A stretch of DNA of 26,492 nt from positions 1 through 26,492 of the IMG/VR virus record IMGVR_UViG_3300023229_000073; one strand, 5' to 3'. The first letter of the stretch is position 1. Every line of letters begins with the position of its first letter. Origin of the DNA: a virus (Duplodnaviria; Caudoviricetes). Below, in pieces: positions 1 to 8,974 of the stretch. A program made the position numbers and the translations under genes. Under the pieces are notes generated by a model that saw only the letters and a list, made by a program, of their open reading frames with translations, was not told the DNA's origin and ran no database searches.

Positions 1-1653
1 TAGCCTTTTACCGATGCGTGGCGTAAAGAGCGGGAAAATGACGTAGTCAGTGGCATCGGATAAATGGGGCTGCTTTTCCTCGGTTTCGAGGTTCTTCCCT
101 TCTTTGGTTTTATCCTTCTTCCATTCATTCCCTGTCTCTCTCAAGCCACATCCCTCAATGGATATTATACTATCAATGCAATTGTAGTAATTCCATTGAA
201 CCACTGGAGCTCCCTTCCCACCATCTAGAATGGTGGACCATAACATATACTTCTTCATATGTAATGGATTAGCCCCTGATGTCTTCTTGATGACAGTGAA
301 GTCTGCCTTAATCAAGATGTCAGCAAACTGCTCAGCATATGTTACCTTGCTGTTGCCTACTACTTGATTACCAAACCTATCGTAGTAGAAATAGATGAGT
401 CTATTCTGATGGTACTTGTAGTACTCACATATCTTATGTGCTAAGTCGTCTATGTCTTCGGGGGACTTGACATAGAAGTCCTTTATAAAGTTAAACATAT
501 TGAACTGTGGTAAGTCCTGCCCTACCACGGCGGTGTTTATATTGCCACCAAAGTCAACCCCAAGCTGCAATGGCTCTGACACTATGCAGTCATTGTCATA
601 CATACTATTCAAACTCTTTACCATCTTAAGATTAATCGATGCCCCTGCAGCTTCCATTAGCTTATCAGCATCTGTCACGCCTTGGGTCTTGTCAAACGGA
701 GAACGCTTATACGTGTGCTTAGCTCTATCGAACTTAGCATAGAATCCACCCTCTGGCTTATTCATCCGCTTATTCATAATCTCAGTCATGAATCGTATAG
801 TGCTGGTAGTTTTATACAGCTTATAGATATAGTCGTAGCCGAGTATTCTTATATTATCAAAGGCATTACTCTCTACGTACAACGTGTTTGTCCTGCCTAC
901 CTTCTTGGGGTACCAATCTATTTTCTTACGGTGATCATTAATAGCTTTCCATATACGCTCTTGGTGATTAATGTTAGACTCCTCTAGGAAATCCATCTGT
1001 AGGCTGATCAGCTCAGCCATCATCTTTTCCTGATCTATTCCGTCCTCTAGGTAATATTCTATATTCTTAGTGAGCCACTCCGCATTAATGCCATATGGCA
1101 TAGAGCTGAAGAAGAACACACCAAGATGAAATGGAACGTGCTTAAACTGGCTTTGGTTTGCACGAATAGTCGGCATAATCTCCTCGTCAAAGTGATCTTT
1201 ATCAAGATTTAATGCCTCATCTACTATGCACCAGTCAGTGTTCAGCCCTCTAGGAGATGTCGCAGAACTATCTTGACTAATAAGTAGAATCGTCGTGCCA
1301 TTCCAGAAGGTTATCGTATTCTTATATCCTCGAATGGTCGGCTCATAGGGCGTATCCCAATGTTTGGGTGGTTCTATTCCCACCACATAGTGTACATTTC
1401 TATAGTAGCCATAGTCTTCCAGGGCTTTAAATGTAGATGGTAGCGTATTCTCGAGCATAGAGCGATAGCTCTCTGCTACTATCATGCCCTTGCTTTTAGG
1501 CAAGAAGTGAATAATGTTACGCAGCACTGTGCCCATACCCTTACTACTTTTACCTGTACCACGGCCAGCTACGAAGAAGAACATCTTCACCATATAGCAG
1601 AAGTTGTGGACCAGTTGCTGGACGGGGTTTAGATAAAGGTTAGTCCTTTCCAT
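1..1653 (-). CDS. terL: Terminase large subunit (3' end runs off the left edge; not in ORF track)
   Basis: Manual translation of both ends in one frame. ATG at 1653 gives MERTNLYLNPVQQ...AGRGTGKS (Walker A) ...WCIVDEA (Walker B). Near position 1 the same frame gives QPHLSDATDY, the RNase H-like nuclease motif. Overlaps the stop of the upstream ORF. Confidence 0.92.
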   Translation of the reverse strand, partial: MERTNLYLNPVQQLVHNFCYMVKMFFFVAGRGTGKSSKGMGTVLRNIIHFLPKSKGMIVAESYRSMLENTLPSTFKALEDYGYYRNVHYVVGIEPPKHWDTPYEPTIRGYKNTITFWNGTTILLISQDSSATSPRGLNTDWCIVDEALNLDKDHFDEEIMPTIRANQSQFKHVPFHLGVFFFSSMPYGINAEWLTKNIEYYLEDGIDQEKMMAELISLQMDFLEESNINHQERIWKAINDHRKKIDWYPKKVGRTNTLYVESNAFDNIRILGYDYIYKLYKTTSTIRFMTEIMNKRMNKPEGGFYAKFDRAKHTYKRSPFDKTQGVTDADKLMEAAGASINLKMVKSLNSMYDNDCIVSEPLQLGVDFGGNINTAVVGQDLPQFNMFNFIKDFYVKSPEDIDDLAHKICEYYKYHQNRLIYFYYDRFGNQVVGNSKVTYAEQFADILIKADFTVIKKTSGANPLHMKKYMLWSTILDGGKGAPVVQWNYYNCIDSIISIEGCGLRETGNEWKKDKTKEGKNLETEEKQPHLSDATDYVIFPLFTPRIGKRL

Positions 1654-2224
1654 TCAGCATCTTCTCTATCTCATCCCACGGTGCTATGTCTTCAGTGCTG
1701 TGCTTCGTCATCTTCTTCACCTCACTATCTTGCAGATTATAAAAACGCTCTAATGGCAGATCTACGTTAGCACCGTTAATATTTATCTGCATGTTAAAGT
1801 TTCGAGGTTCTAGCTTGTCTAGCAAGTCCTGATCTAGGTCACCGCTATCATTAATCCACTTGAATAATTGATCACTAATTCTAGCCACGGCACTCAAATC
1901 ACCTTTGTTAATGGCGAGCTCTTGAGCCATCTGAAGTTTCTCAACCTGCACCCATCGGAGATAGTCTTTATCTGGAGCGTGTGCTTGACCGCTAAATATT
2001 TCTACTTCCTTGATTAGTTTATACGCTAAACTGCGACTGATGCTATATTTTTTACGCACGACAGTCATTGCATTTTTACGATTCATAGAACGCATCTTGT
2101 CTTCTATGTACACGTAGGTATCCCACATCTTTTCCATAGATTCGTCCTCCTTGCCACTATTCAGATATTCTATTAGCTTATCTTTTTTAGTCATTCGTCT
2201 GTCTATGATATTATCTCCAGGCAT
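1640..2224 (-). CDS. Probable terminase small subunit
   Basis: 194 aa, helical, with an HTH-like segment (KKYSISRSLAYKLI). Directly upstream of and overlapping terL. Assignment is positional. Confidence 0.6.
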   Translation of the reverse strand: MPGDNIIDRRMTKKDKLIEYLNSGKEDESMEKMWDTYVYIEDKMRSMNRKNAMTVVRKKYSISRSLAYKLIKEVEIFSGQAHAPDKDYLRWVQVEKLQMAQELAINKGDLSAVARISDQLFKWINDSGDLDQDLLDKLEPRNFNMQININGANVDLPLERFYNLQDSEVKKMTKHSTEDIAPWDEIEKMLNGKD

Positions 2225-2477
2225 TAATTATTTTCTCTTGATCTCCTTCTTTTCTTAGCTTCTCTAAGTGAGTCTGGGCAGGTCCACTTCCTTGATTAGC
2301 TAGGGCTATTATCTTTTTCTTATGTCCTGCTATTGTTGTGAGACGTCCATCGGTATATGCTTGCATATACTCTTTATTTTCAGAGAATTCTTTTAAGCCT
2401 ATTCCTAATGCGTCAGCTGTCTCTTGTTGAGTCATTAGGAGTTTACCCCACTCTTCTATATCCTCTAATCTATTCAA
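2211..2477 (-). CDS. Small phage protein with HTH-like segment (likely TTG start at 2477, shorter than the track ORF)
   Basis: MTQQETADALGIGL is HTH-like. TTG at 2477 overlaps the stop of the upstream ORF, consistent with translational coupling. Confidence 0.6.
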   Translation of the reverse strand: MNRLEDIEEWGKLLMTQQETADALGIGLKEFSENKEYMQAYTDGRLTTIAGHKKKIIALANQGSGPAQTHLEKLRKEGDQEKIINAWR

Positions 2478-3054
2478 ATGGATTACTGTTTGTGAGCATC
2501 TGCTCGATGTATTTACTGTAAAAATCTGCTGTTGTAGCGTGTGTATCCAAAACGCCAGCTTCCGGTCTGGGATTATTAGTATAATTGGCACTGCCATTTA
2601 TGCTAATAGACCATTCCTCATTTTTTATGACCGTAAGCTTCGCGTGACACGGGAATGTATTCAACTCCGTAAATGAATGTGCTGCAAGCTGGTGAGCACT
2701 AGGATGACGATTCTTACTCCTGTAGTCTACTACGGCACGCAGACTTCTGATCTTACCGCTCTCTAGCATACCTACAAGCATCCTTGCAGCTGCTTCACTT
2801 ATGCTCCATACACTGATCAGAACGTCCGCGGGACCCGTGTGTGCTATAACATGGTCTACTAGCTCATGAGTGCTCCAGTGTCCGCAGCTAAAGAAGTGTC
2901 GGGTTGAATTCTTTTCCAGTGTTGGAAAACACGCTTCTACAGCATCGTTTACTTTCCCTAACGAGTAATGTAGATCTGTTGAGCCTATTGTTATAGCTCC
3001 ACAGTCTACTTTACTCGTGTCGTTTACTTCGGGTATGTCAGTAGGTCTAATCAA
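2470..3054 (-). CDS. Phospholipase D-superfamily (HKD-like) protein, putative nuclease
   Basis: CHAKLTVI followed by SINGSANYTNNPRPE matches the PLD HxK...GSxN pattern. Single domain. Confidence 0.7.
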   Translation of the reverse strand: MIRPTDIPEVNDTSKVDCGAITIGSTDLHYSLGKVNDAVEACFPTLEKNSTRHFFSCGHWSTHELVDHVIAHTGPADVLISVWSISEAAARMLVGMLESGKIRSLRAVVDYRSKNRHPSAHQLAAHSFTELNTFPCHAKLTVIKNEEWSISINGSANYTNNPRPEAGVLDTHATTADFYSKYIEQMLTNSNPFE

Positions 3055-3211
3055 GTCTACCCATCACGCTACCTGGTTCATATTTATCACACACGTATTG
3101 TGTATGATGCATCTCGTCTAGCAGTAAGCAGAGTATCTGTCTACCATCGCTAGGGCTGCCGTGCATACAAGTCACACATCGCCCTTCTAGTATTTCCTCA
3201 TCGTTAGTCAT
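3047..3211 (-). CDS. Small Cys-rich protein, 54 aa (below track cutoff)
   Basis: Manual translation MTNDEEILEGRCVTCMHG...LC...VCDKYEPG...LD*. Overlaps both neighbours and fills the gap exactly. Confidence 0.6.
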   Translation of the reverse strand: MTNDEEILEGRCVTCMHGSPSDGRQILCLLLDEMHHTQYVCDKYEPGSVMGRLD

Positions 3212-3812
3212 ATAGTTCTAGTTTCTTATTAAGTAGCGTTATACGCACCTCACGTATCTTTATCCTAGCAGCCTGCTCGTCACGCTGCGTGCCTTTGAGT
3301 TTTTCCATTTTCTTAGTGAATTTATAGATGTAATTTATATCTCTGTCTAGCTGCACAGCTGCTTCACGCATATTCATTGCCATTATCTCATCGCTATCGC
3401 TTAGTACGCTGGGTAGATATCCATACTTTTTATAGTGATCTATATCCATCCAGCACTCCTTATTGCCTCTCGCTAGTTCTACCACCTTTAGAGCTGCAGC
3501 AGATCGTACTTCTTTAGATTCGTTAAATATCAAAAGGCGTGTCTCTTTCATCTGTCTAAAAAGCCCCCGGGCTTTGTTATAGACTGCTTGCACGTTTGCA
3601 GGCTCGTCCATCATGCGGTCATGGACACTCTTTTCTTTTCTTGTTTCTGCCTTCGGCAATAAGGGTAAAATCTCCTCCAAAAGACGTTCCTGCAGGTATT
3701 CATCTATATCTCCATCCAGCAACATCTGGAAGAAGGTATTCGTACCATTCAATGTGTACCACTCCGCCATAGCGGCGTAGTCCCTCTCCTCGTATGCGGC
3801 TCTTAGGTCCAT
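3204..3812 (-). CDS. Hypothetical phage protein, first gene of the packaging operon
   Basis: 202 aa ORF directly after the late-promoter motif at 3821-3859. Confidence 0.7.
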   Translation of the reverse strand: MDLRAAYEERDYAAMAEWYTLNGTNTFFQMLLDGDIDEYLQERLLEEILPLLPKAETRKEKSVHDRMMDEPANVQAVYNKARGLFRQMKETRLLIFNESKEVRSAAALKVVELARGNKECWMDIDHYKKYGYLPSVLSDSDEIMAMNMREAAVQLDRDINYIYKFTKKMEKLKGTQRDEQAARIKIREVRITLLNKKLELYD

Positions 3813-3820
3813 ATATAGGT

Positions 3821-3859
3821 CAAAAATAGCGTGGCACTTGCCCTATTTTTACGGACAAA
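3821..3859 (-). promoter_or_regulatory. Putative late promoter 2 (TTTGTCC-N28-TTTG)
   Basis: Minus strand TTTGTCCGTAAAAATAGGG...TATTTTTG. Matches the Bacteroidota -7 box TAnnTTTG and has the same spacing as the copy at 7579-7617. Confidence 0.7.
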
Positions 3860-3890
3860 AAAAGCCCTCCCCATTGAATGGAGAGGGCTT
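3857..3890 (-). terminator. Rho-independent terminator of the head/tail-tube operon
   Basis: Minus strand AAGCCCTCTCCAT-TCA-ATGGGGAGGGCTT followed by a T run. Confidence 0.85.
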
Positions 3891-3903
3891 CTGTTATGAT
3901 TGA

Positions 3904-4164
3904 TTAATACTTGGTGGCAGTATCTTTCTTATCGTTCTTACCTTCCTCCACCTTTTTAGGTGCAGGAGTTGCGGTCGCACTCTCGGCTTTTACAGCTTTA
4001 AGCACAAATATATCAGGACTAGCATTCGCTAGTTTCAGTAGTTCACTGTCCGTCACCTCTTCTGAGCTTAGGTCCACTATGTCACCGCTAGGCAGCTGGT
4101 GCCTAGCGTGCGTAGTGTTTATATTGCCAAAGAATTCTTTAGCTTTCTTTCCTATTTTGCTCAT
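3904..4164 (-). CDS. Small hypothetical virion-associated protein
   Basis: 86 aa, last ORF before the terminator, co-oriented with the capsid gene. Confidence 0.65.
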   Translation of the reverse strand: MSKIGKKAKEFFGNINTTHARHQLPSGDIVDLSSEEVTDSELLKLANASPDIFVLKAVKAESATATPAPKKVEEGKNDKKDTATKY

Positions 4165-4167
4165 AGC

Positions 4168-4815
4168 TTAGACAGGTAGCGTTCCTTGATAGTAGATTTC
4201 ACTCTTGGCGTAGTTACTCACCTCAAATAACCAACGGCTATCAGGATTCTCTCTAGTACCAGCGGTCTTGCCACCTACTATCTCAGCAAAAGAGTTTTTA
4301 GTACCCAGTTGCACCACTTTCCCATTGGCAAGTGGAACAAGCACTACTGCTTGGCGAGCCATTGTTGCTCTTACGTTAAACTGACTTGCTTCTAAAGAAC
4401 TCCCTGGATGAAATAGTTGAGCTGACTGCTTACCGCTACGGCTGAACTTTTTACCAAGACTTTCAAAAGAAATGGTACTTTCCTCCTCGTTGATCTCCAT
4501 ACGAATGAAGGTCTTAGCTCCCTCTAGAGCGTGCGTACCATTGATACGTACATGCCCATTAGGGATCAGTGTAAAATTCCCCGCATCCCAAGCCCCTGCA
4601 GAGTGTGCTACAGTGCACTTGTATACTTCACAGTCATACGTCACTAGGTCATCTTCTGCGTAATCATCTGTCACAACGAATGGGACAGATTCCTCGGCAT
4701 AAGTATTCTTAAGTGTAGTGAAGTCACTTTTAAATGCTACGAGAGCATAACCCAGCGTTCCGCTATCGTTATTCTCGCAGTCTTTGAGCAGTAAATCTGT
4801 TATTTGACCTCCCAT
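4168..4815 (-). CDS. Probable major tail tube/structural protein with a CBM5/12-like insert
   Basis: 215 aa, beta-rich, two genes downstream of the capsid. The internal segment YAEDDLVTYDCEVYKCTVAH resembles CBM5/12. The tube call is an inference. Confidence 0.5.
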   Translation of the reverse strand: MGGQITDLLLKDCENNDSGTLGYALVAFKSDFTTLKNTYAEESVPFVVTDDYAEDDLVTYDCEVYKCTVAHSAGAWDAGNFTLIPNGHVRINGTHALEGAKTFIRMEINEEESTISFESLGKKFSRSGKQSAQLFHPGSSLEASQFNVRATMARQAVVLVPLANGKVVQLGTKNSFAEIVGGKTAGTRENPDSRWLFEVSNYAKSEIYYQGTLPV

Positions 4816-4816
4816 T

Positions 4817-5224
4817 TTACTTCGCTTTCTTTAGTTGTACTATACCATAACCAGCCTTTACGAACTCAGCTTGCATTTCCTTGCTTTCCTTAAGTTCATC
4901 AGCAGTCACTATAGTAAAGTTACTATCCTTGCCTTGCACTCGGATCTTAGGAAGTACTATATCATACTTCTTTCCATCCATTTCAAAACTTCCAAAACCG
5001 CTCGCAGTCTTCACTTCGCCCAGCTTAGCCTGTAGCTTTTTGAATTCTGCAGTAACCTGCTCCTCTTTAGTTTTGCTCTGCTCCGCTAGTGCGTTAGCTT
5101 TATCTATCTGAGCTACGAGTAGCTCTTTCATCTCATCGGTAGTATCAGCAGGAATTGTAATCCCTGCTGCCACCAATTGTTCGTCTAATGTCAATTCTTT
5201 TGCCATTTTTCTATGTTTGATCAT
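4817..5224 (-). CDS. Hypothetical head-associated protein
   Basis: Immediately after the capsid gene, with a coiled-coil N-terminal half. True start may be MAKELT. Confidence 0.65.
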   Translation of the reverse strand: MIKHRKMAKELTLDEQLVAAGITIPADTTDEMKELLVAQIDKANALAEQSKTKEEQVTAEFKKLQAKLGEVKTASGFGSFEMDGKKYDIVLPKIRVQGKDSNFTIVTADELKESKEMQAEFVKAGYGIVQLKKAK

Positions 5225-6194
5225 TTACTGTTACACTTCCATCGAAGAACGTTGCAAAGTTGAACCCTGCTTTGAAATCGATTAAAACTTTGATTACTCT
5301 TTCAAAAGGCTGAAGAATTATATTATTCCAGTCATTCATAGAGTCAAATCCAAGCACCTTGTTGGACTTGTTCGTGATACACACACGCTGACTTACACCT
5401 AGGCCGTGTTCTCTTACCAGAGTCACGTTGTATCCTTCCATAGGCAATTCATTGATTTGAGATATCTTACCTTCATAAGTGTTCACTATATCTTTGAATG
5501 TTTCTCTACGTGCTTTCCAGTACCAGTTAAAGATTTGGTTATTCACCGTCATCTGTTTCTGTATACTGGCGTACTTCGGATTGCTATCTGCAGCATCACA
5601 AAGTAGTTCTAGCTTAGCTATAACATTAGCGGCAGTGATAGCACCAGTCGCTGTAACTGTGATAGTACTAGCTGCTATCTCGTCTACTATCAGCTTATTC
5701 TGGCCATTCATAGTATCTACTGTGTCTGTGCCAGCGTTATCTCTTACGCCCTTATAAAATGCTTCTAAGTGCATCTTCTCTACTATCTTAGAGTTGATGT
5801 GACTAAAGAAGAATTGAGCAAAGCTCATATCGTGGATGTTGCTCCCTTTCTCATAGTACTTACCAGCATATGTTCTTGCCATTTCCTGCGGTACTATAAT
5901 GAGATCCACTTTCATTTCTTCGGTTTGCAACCAGCGGTTACCTACCTTAAATGCGTCATCTTGTCCTGCAAAAGCCTTGTAGTTCGCTTGTGGGCGTACT
6001 TCAAAGTCTAGATCCATATTAAACAATGGAATCTTATCTTTTACGTCATCTATTACTCTGAAATTCTCGTCCCACTTATTGTCGTAGAACATATTCATAT
6101 GAATTTCCTCCTTATTACCTATGTAATAATCTTTCAGCTCGTCTGATAGTCCACTAGGGTCTATAGCGTCTGCAGTTGTTAATCTTCCTGCCAT
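5211..6194 (-). CDS. Major capsid protein
   Basis: 327 aa, following the protease and scaffold. Size and C-terminal beta pattern (RVIKVLIDFKAGFNF) fit an HK97-fold capsid protein. Confidence 0.75.
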   Translation of the reverse strand: MAGRLTTADAIDPSGLSDELKDYYIGNKEEIHMNMFYDNKWDENFRVIDDVKDKIPLFNMDLDFEVRPQANYKAFAGQDDAFKVGNRWLQTEEMKVDLIIVPQEMARTYAGKYYEKGSNIHDMSFAQFFFSHINSKIVEKMHLEAFYKGVRDNAGTDTVDTMNGQNKLIVDEIAASTITVTATGAITAANVIAKLELLCDAADSNPKYASIQKQMTVNNQIFNWYWKARRETFKDIVNTYEGKISQINELPMEGYNVTLVREHGLGVSQRVCITNKSNKVLGFDSMNDWNNIILQPFERVIKVLIDFKAGFNFATFFDGSVTVNDQT

Positions 6195-6224
6195 CTTTTA
6201 AATAGTATATTAATAATTGATTGT

Positions 6225-6665
6225 TTACTTGTTTCCGCGAGCCATAGACACACGTTTAGCTTTAGCCTCTATAGCATCCATTAAAGGAGTTTTTACCTCA
6301 TCAGCATCCGTATGCACCTCATCCCCAGCTTTGCCAGTGGCGGTGTCTACATGTGCCATTTTACCCAGTCGCTCTATCTCTGCTACGTGTGTAGCTATAG
6401 TGCCTTCGCTTACTATTGCAGCTGCTTCTAGAGCAGCTACCTTATCACTCGTGGCTTTCACCTGACCCTCTGCCATAGCAGCGACAGTAGCCTCATCCAT
6501 CTGTGCTTGAGTATAGCTTACGCTACCTCGGGCTTCAGCTTCTAGCTCAAATCCCTCGGACTCAAGCTCCGCATTCACAGCTGCTATTTGCTCACCTGTC
6601 AGTTCATCTGCAGATACGCCTTTCACTGCTGCCAGTGCTTTCATTTCTCTTTTAAATATGCTCAT
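6225..6665 (-). CDS. Probable scaffolding protein
   Basis: Ala/Glu-rich, acidic and helical, lying between protease and capsid. Confidence 0.6.
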   Translation of the reverse strand: MSIFKREMKALAAVKGVSADELTGEQIAAVNAELESEGFELEAEARGSVSYTQAQMDEATVAAMAEGQVKATSDKVAALEAAAIVSEGTIATHVAEIERLGKMAHVDTATGKAGDEVHTDADEVKTPLMDAIEAKAKRVSMARGNK

Positions 6666-6667
6666 TT

Positions 6668-7573
6668 CTATACAAAATATCGAGTCTTAGACCCGTTGTT
6701 AGACTTACTTACTAGCTCCGCTACCACTTGCTCCTTGGTGCGTATGCCATCTATTAGGCCTATAGCCTCTGCCTCTTCAGCGTAGTACATCTTGCCGGTA
6801 AATGGACCTTCACCCGCCACCGCATTTATACCTCTACCTGCTTTCACATCTTCCACAAAACCTTCTACCACATAATCCAGATCATCCTTCATAGGCTCTT
6901 CATTGCCATCTATAGCCGCACGGTACGTTCCATTCTTATCGGTACTGTATCTACTGTATATTTCTAAGATGTTGATCCCAGCAGTTTCCAGTCTAGCTTT
7001 CATGTTCATCAGCGTGACATATGCTCCTAGGCTGCCTACGCTACTTCTCTTACTGCTTACGTATATATTATCTGTCTGACTAGCTAGCCAGTATCCTGCA
7101 CTAGCAGATATACCGTCTTCTATATAAGTAGTTGTAGGCTTAGAGCAGTTTTGTAGAGCAGATATAGCACTGGCCATTCCACTCACTTGCCCTCCAGGCG
7201 TATTCATGCAGAAGAGGACGCCTGCTATGTTTTCCATTGCATTCACCTCATTTACCAGCTTAGCTATGCTGAGAGATCCCATATCTCCACAGTTATCATT
7301 TCTAGTGATAGCGTGTTCTATGTTTATTTCTAAGATACTGCCCTTTGGAGATTCGCGTAGCTTCTCTATAGTACGTTCCATTCTATAGTAGGTCTGTACC
7401 ATATTAGTATCACCTAATGAGTAGGCCACTGGCTCACCGTCTGGATTCTTTCCCCATCCTTTGAAGTTACCTTCCAGTATACTTAGGATTAGCGGCATAT
7501 TATTTATAGCATAAGTAGGCTCTATAGCCCACTGGCCATTCAGGATAGCACTTACCGTTCTTGCAGCGTTCAT
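6668..7573 (-). CDS. S49-family (SppA/ClpP-like) prohead protease
   Basis: NTPGGQV, SASAGYWLAS and VGSLG motifs, plus A..IGLIDGI, are typical of S49 peptidases. Confidence 0.9.
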   Translation of the reverse strand: MNAARTVSAILNGQWAIEPTYAINNMPLILSILEGNFKGWGKNPDGEPVAYSLGDTNMVQTYYRMERTIEKLRESPKGSILEINIEHAITRNDNCGDMGSLSIAKLVNEVNAMENIAGVLFCMNTPGGQVSGMASAISALQNCSKPTTTYIEDGISASAGYWLASQTDNIYVSSKRSSVGSLGAYVTLMNMKARLETAGINILEIYSRYSTDKNGTYRAAIDGNEEPMKDDLDYVVEGFVEDVKAGRGINAVAGEGPFTGKMYYAEEAEAIGLIDGIRTKEQVVAELVSKSNNGSKTRYFV

Positions 7574-7578
7574 TAATT

Positions 7579-7617
7579 CAAAGATGACCTCCTCATACCC
7601 CTATATATAAGGACAAA
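7579..7617 (-). promoter_or_regulatory. Putative late promoter 1 (TTTGTCC-N28-TTTG)
   Basis: Minus strand TTTGTCCTTATATATAGGG...CATCTTTG, ending 5 nt before the protease ATG. Confidence 0.7.
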
Positions 7618-7634
7618 GCCCCTTACGGAGCTCT
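7614..7634 (-). terminator. Terminator-like hairpin overlapping late promoter 1
   Basis: Minus strand AGAGCTCC-GTAA-GGGGCTTT with a GNRA loop. The U-tract is short. Confidence 0.5.
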
Positions 7635-7684
7635 GCTTTCTAACCAAAAAAATAAAATCAAAATGAAATTCAAGCAGTCATCAC

Positions 7685-8182
7685 CTACTCTACCTTTTGC
7701 AAGGGTTTCGTATCTCTCGTAGTGTATGAGAGTAGTATTTCGTTGTCACTAATAAGATTCTCTCCCACTTTACCTATACTTTGAGCCCACTTCCCTGCTA
7801 TACGCTTGTTGCCCATTAGCCATACATTACCATTCGTATCGCTACATTTCACCATATACTTCTCCGTGAGTAGTGAGTGTACCAGTCGCATATTCGCTTC
7901 GGTCATTCCTCCTATATCCACCTTGATCATATAATTATACGGGATACTGCTACTCGCTGACATTCCTTGCTGGGTCAGACTGGCAGACTCAGGCACATAG
8001 TCTAGTTCAGTCCACGCCTTACTAGCTTTCAGTATTACAAAAATCTGTCCGTTCAGGTCTTTGAGTCTATCTACATCGCTTTGTTTGATGTACCATATCT
8101 GAAGTATCCCTCCTGTTACTATTACGTCATTCATATCGTCTAAAATAGCGTGAGGACGTTTTCGGATAAAGTCTCCGTACAC
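7685..8182 (-). CDS. Hypothetical phage protein (likely start near MNDVIV)
   Basis: Beta-rich ORF with a loose resemblance to the 4168-4815 protein (DTNGNVWLMG versus LANGKVVQLG). Confidence 0.65.
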   Translation of the reverse strand: MYGDFIRKRPHAILDDMNDVIVTGGILQIWYIKQSDVDRLKDLNGQIFVILKASKAWTELDYVPESASLTQQGMSASSSIPYNYMIKVDIGGMTEANMRLVHSLLTEKYMVKCSDTNGNVWLMGNKRIAGKWAQSIGKVGENLISDNEILLSYTTRDTKPLQKVE

Positions 8183-8637
8183 ATCCTATCCACATTCTTG
8201 TTATTTCTATACCTTAAGTATGTTTTCTTAGCTCTTTCCCGATCGAAGCTTCTCTCTATGCCGTCAAAGGTGTCTATGAACTTATCGTAGATCTTGTCTA
8301 TGCTCAGCTCGGTACACACCCTCTCATAGTCCATCAGGTTGCAGAAAAACTCTAAAAACACATTCTTTACCGCCTTATTAAAGTCTATGACGCTCTGAGC
8401 TTCTATCTCCCTGCCTATCTGCTTAGCTACCTTCCGTGGTAGCATCACCACGTAGCTATCCATATATTTAGCTTCGCAAAGTTTAGATCTGTCCATCGGC
8501 TTACGTCCCAGGGAGAGGAAGAGCTGTCGACCATATACATTATTAGTACTTACTCGCATCACGTCACCGTGCTTATAGGTAAGCCACCATTTCACGAGTG
8601 GCGTCACTGGTATCTCCTTGCGTATCTCCCTGATCAC
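8140..8637 (-). CDS. Hypothetical basic protein, candidate late-gene activator
   Basis: Own TAAATTTG promoter box and an operator copy upstream. Basic helical C-terminus (DRERAKKTYLRYR). Function is inferred. Confidence 0.55.
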   Translation of the reverse strand: MIREIRKEIPVTPLVKWWLTYKHGDVMRVSTNNVYGRQLFLSLGRKPMDRSKLCEAKYMDSYVVMLPRKVAKQIGREIEAQSVIDFNKAVKNVFLEFFCNLMDYERVCTELSIDKIYDKFIDTFDGIERSFDRERAKKTYLRYRNNKNVDRMCTETLSENVLTLF

Positions 8638-8641
8638 TCCA

Positions 8642-8683
8642 CAAATTTAATCATTTAGAAACATTAAGAAACAATTTGATACA
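8642..8683 (-). promoter_or_regulatory. Leftward promoter (-7 box TAAATTTG) overlapped by putative repressor operator
   Basis: CATTAAGAAACAATTTGA at 8662-8679 is identical to 21803-21820. GAAACA/GATACA units recur every 10 bp. Confidence 0.7.
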
Positions 8684-8974
8684 ATACAGATTTTTTCAAA
8701 CCTATAAATTTTTAATAAGACGCTTTTATATACGATATTTTTACACCTTTAAGCCTCTGTAAGTGAGCATTTAATGTCGAATTTATGCAGTTCTCCACAG
8801 AACTAAGGTATAACTAGCAAAGCGTTATGAATATGCCGAAACTTACCTTTGTAATATAAGTGATAAAAACAATAAAAAACACTATTTAGAATCATTCAAT
8901 TAAAGGGAGCGGCTAGACCGGAAAGTAGAACCGCTCTTATTTAATTGTATTTAAAATCATAATCCATAAAGAAA

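Noticed and set aside
500-987. Plus-strand ORFs 500-742 and 682-987
   Set aside because: Antisense shadows of the terminase large subunit.
6665-6670. Readthrough fusing protease and scaffold
   Set aside because: TAG-AA-ATG puts the two ORFs in different frames, and no obvious slippery site is present.
3911-7388. Many short plus-strand ORFs opposite the head genes, and similar ones opposite the primase, integrase, repressor and tail genes
   Set aside because: Fully overlap well-supported genes on the other strand and show no motifs.
8920-8929. GGAAAGTAGA shared between the 8907-8936 hairpin and 24150-24159
   Set aside because: Only 10 bp, in opposite orientation relative to the predicted transcripts. 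Compatible with chance.
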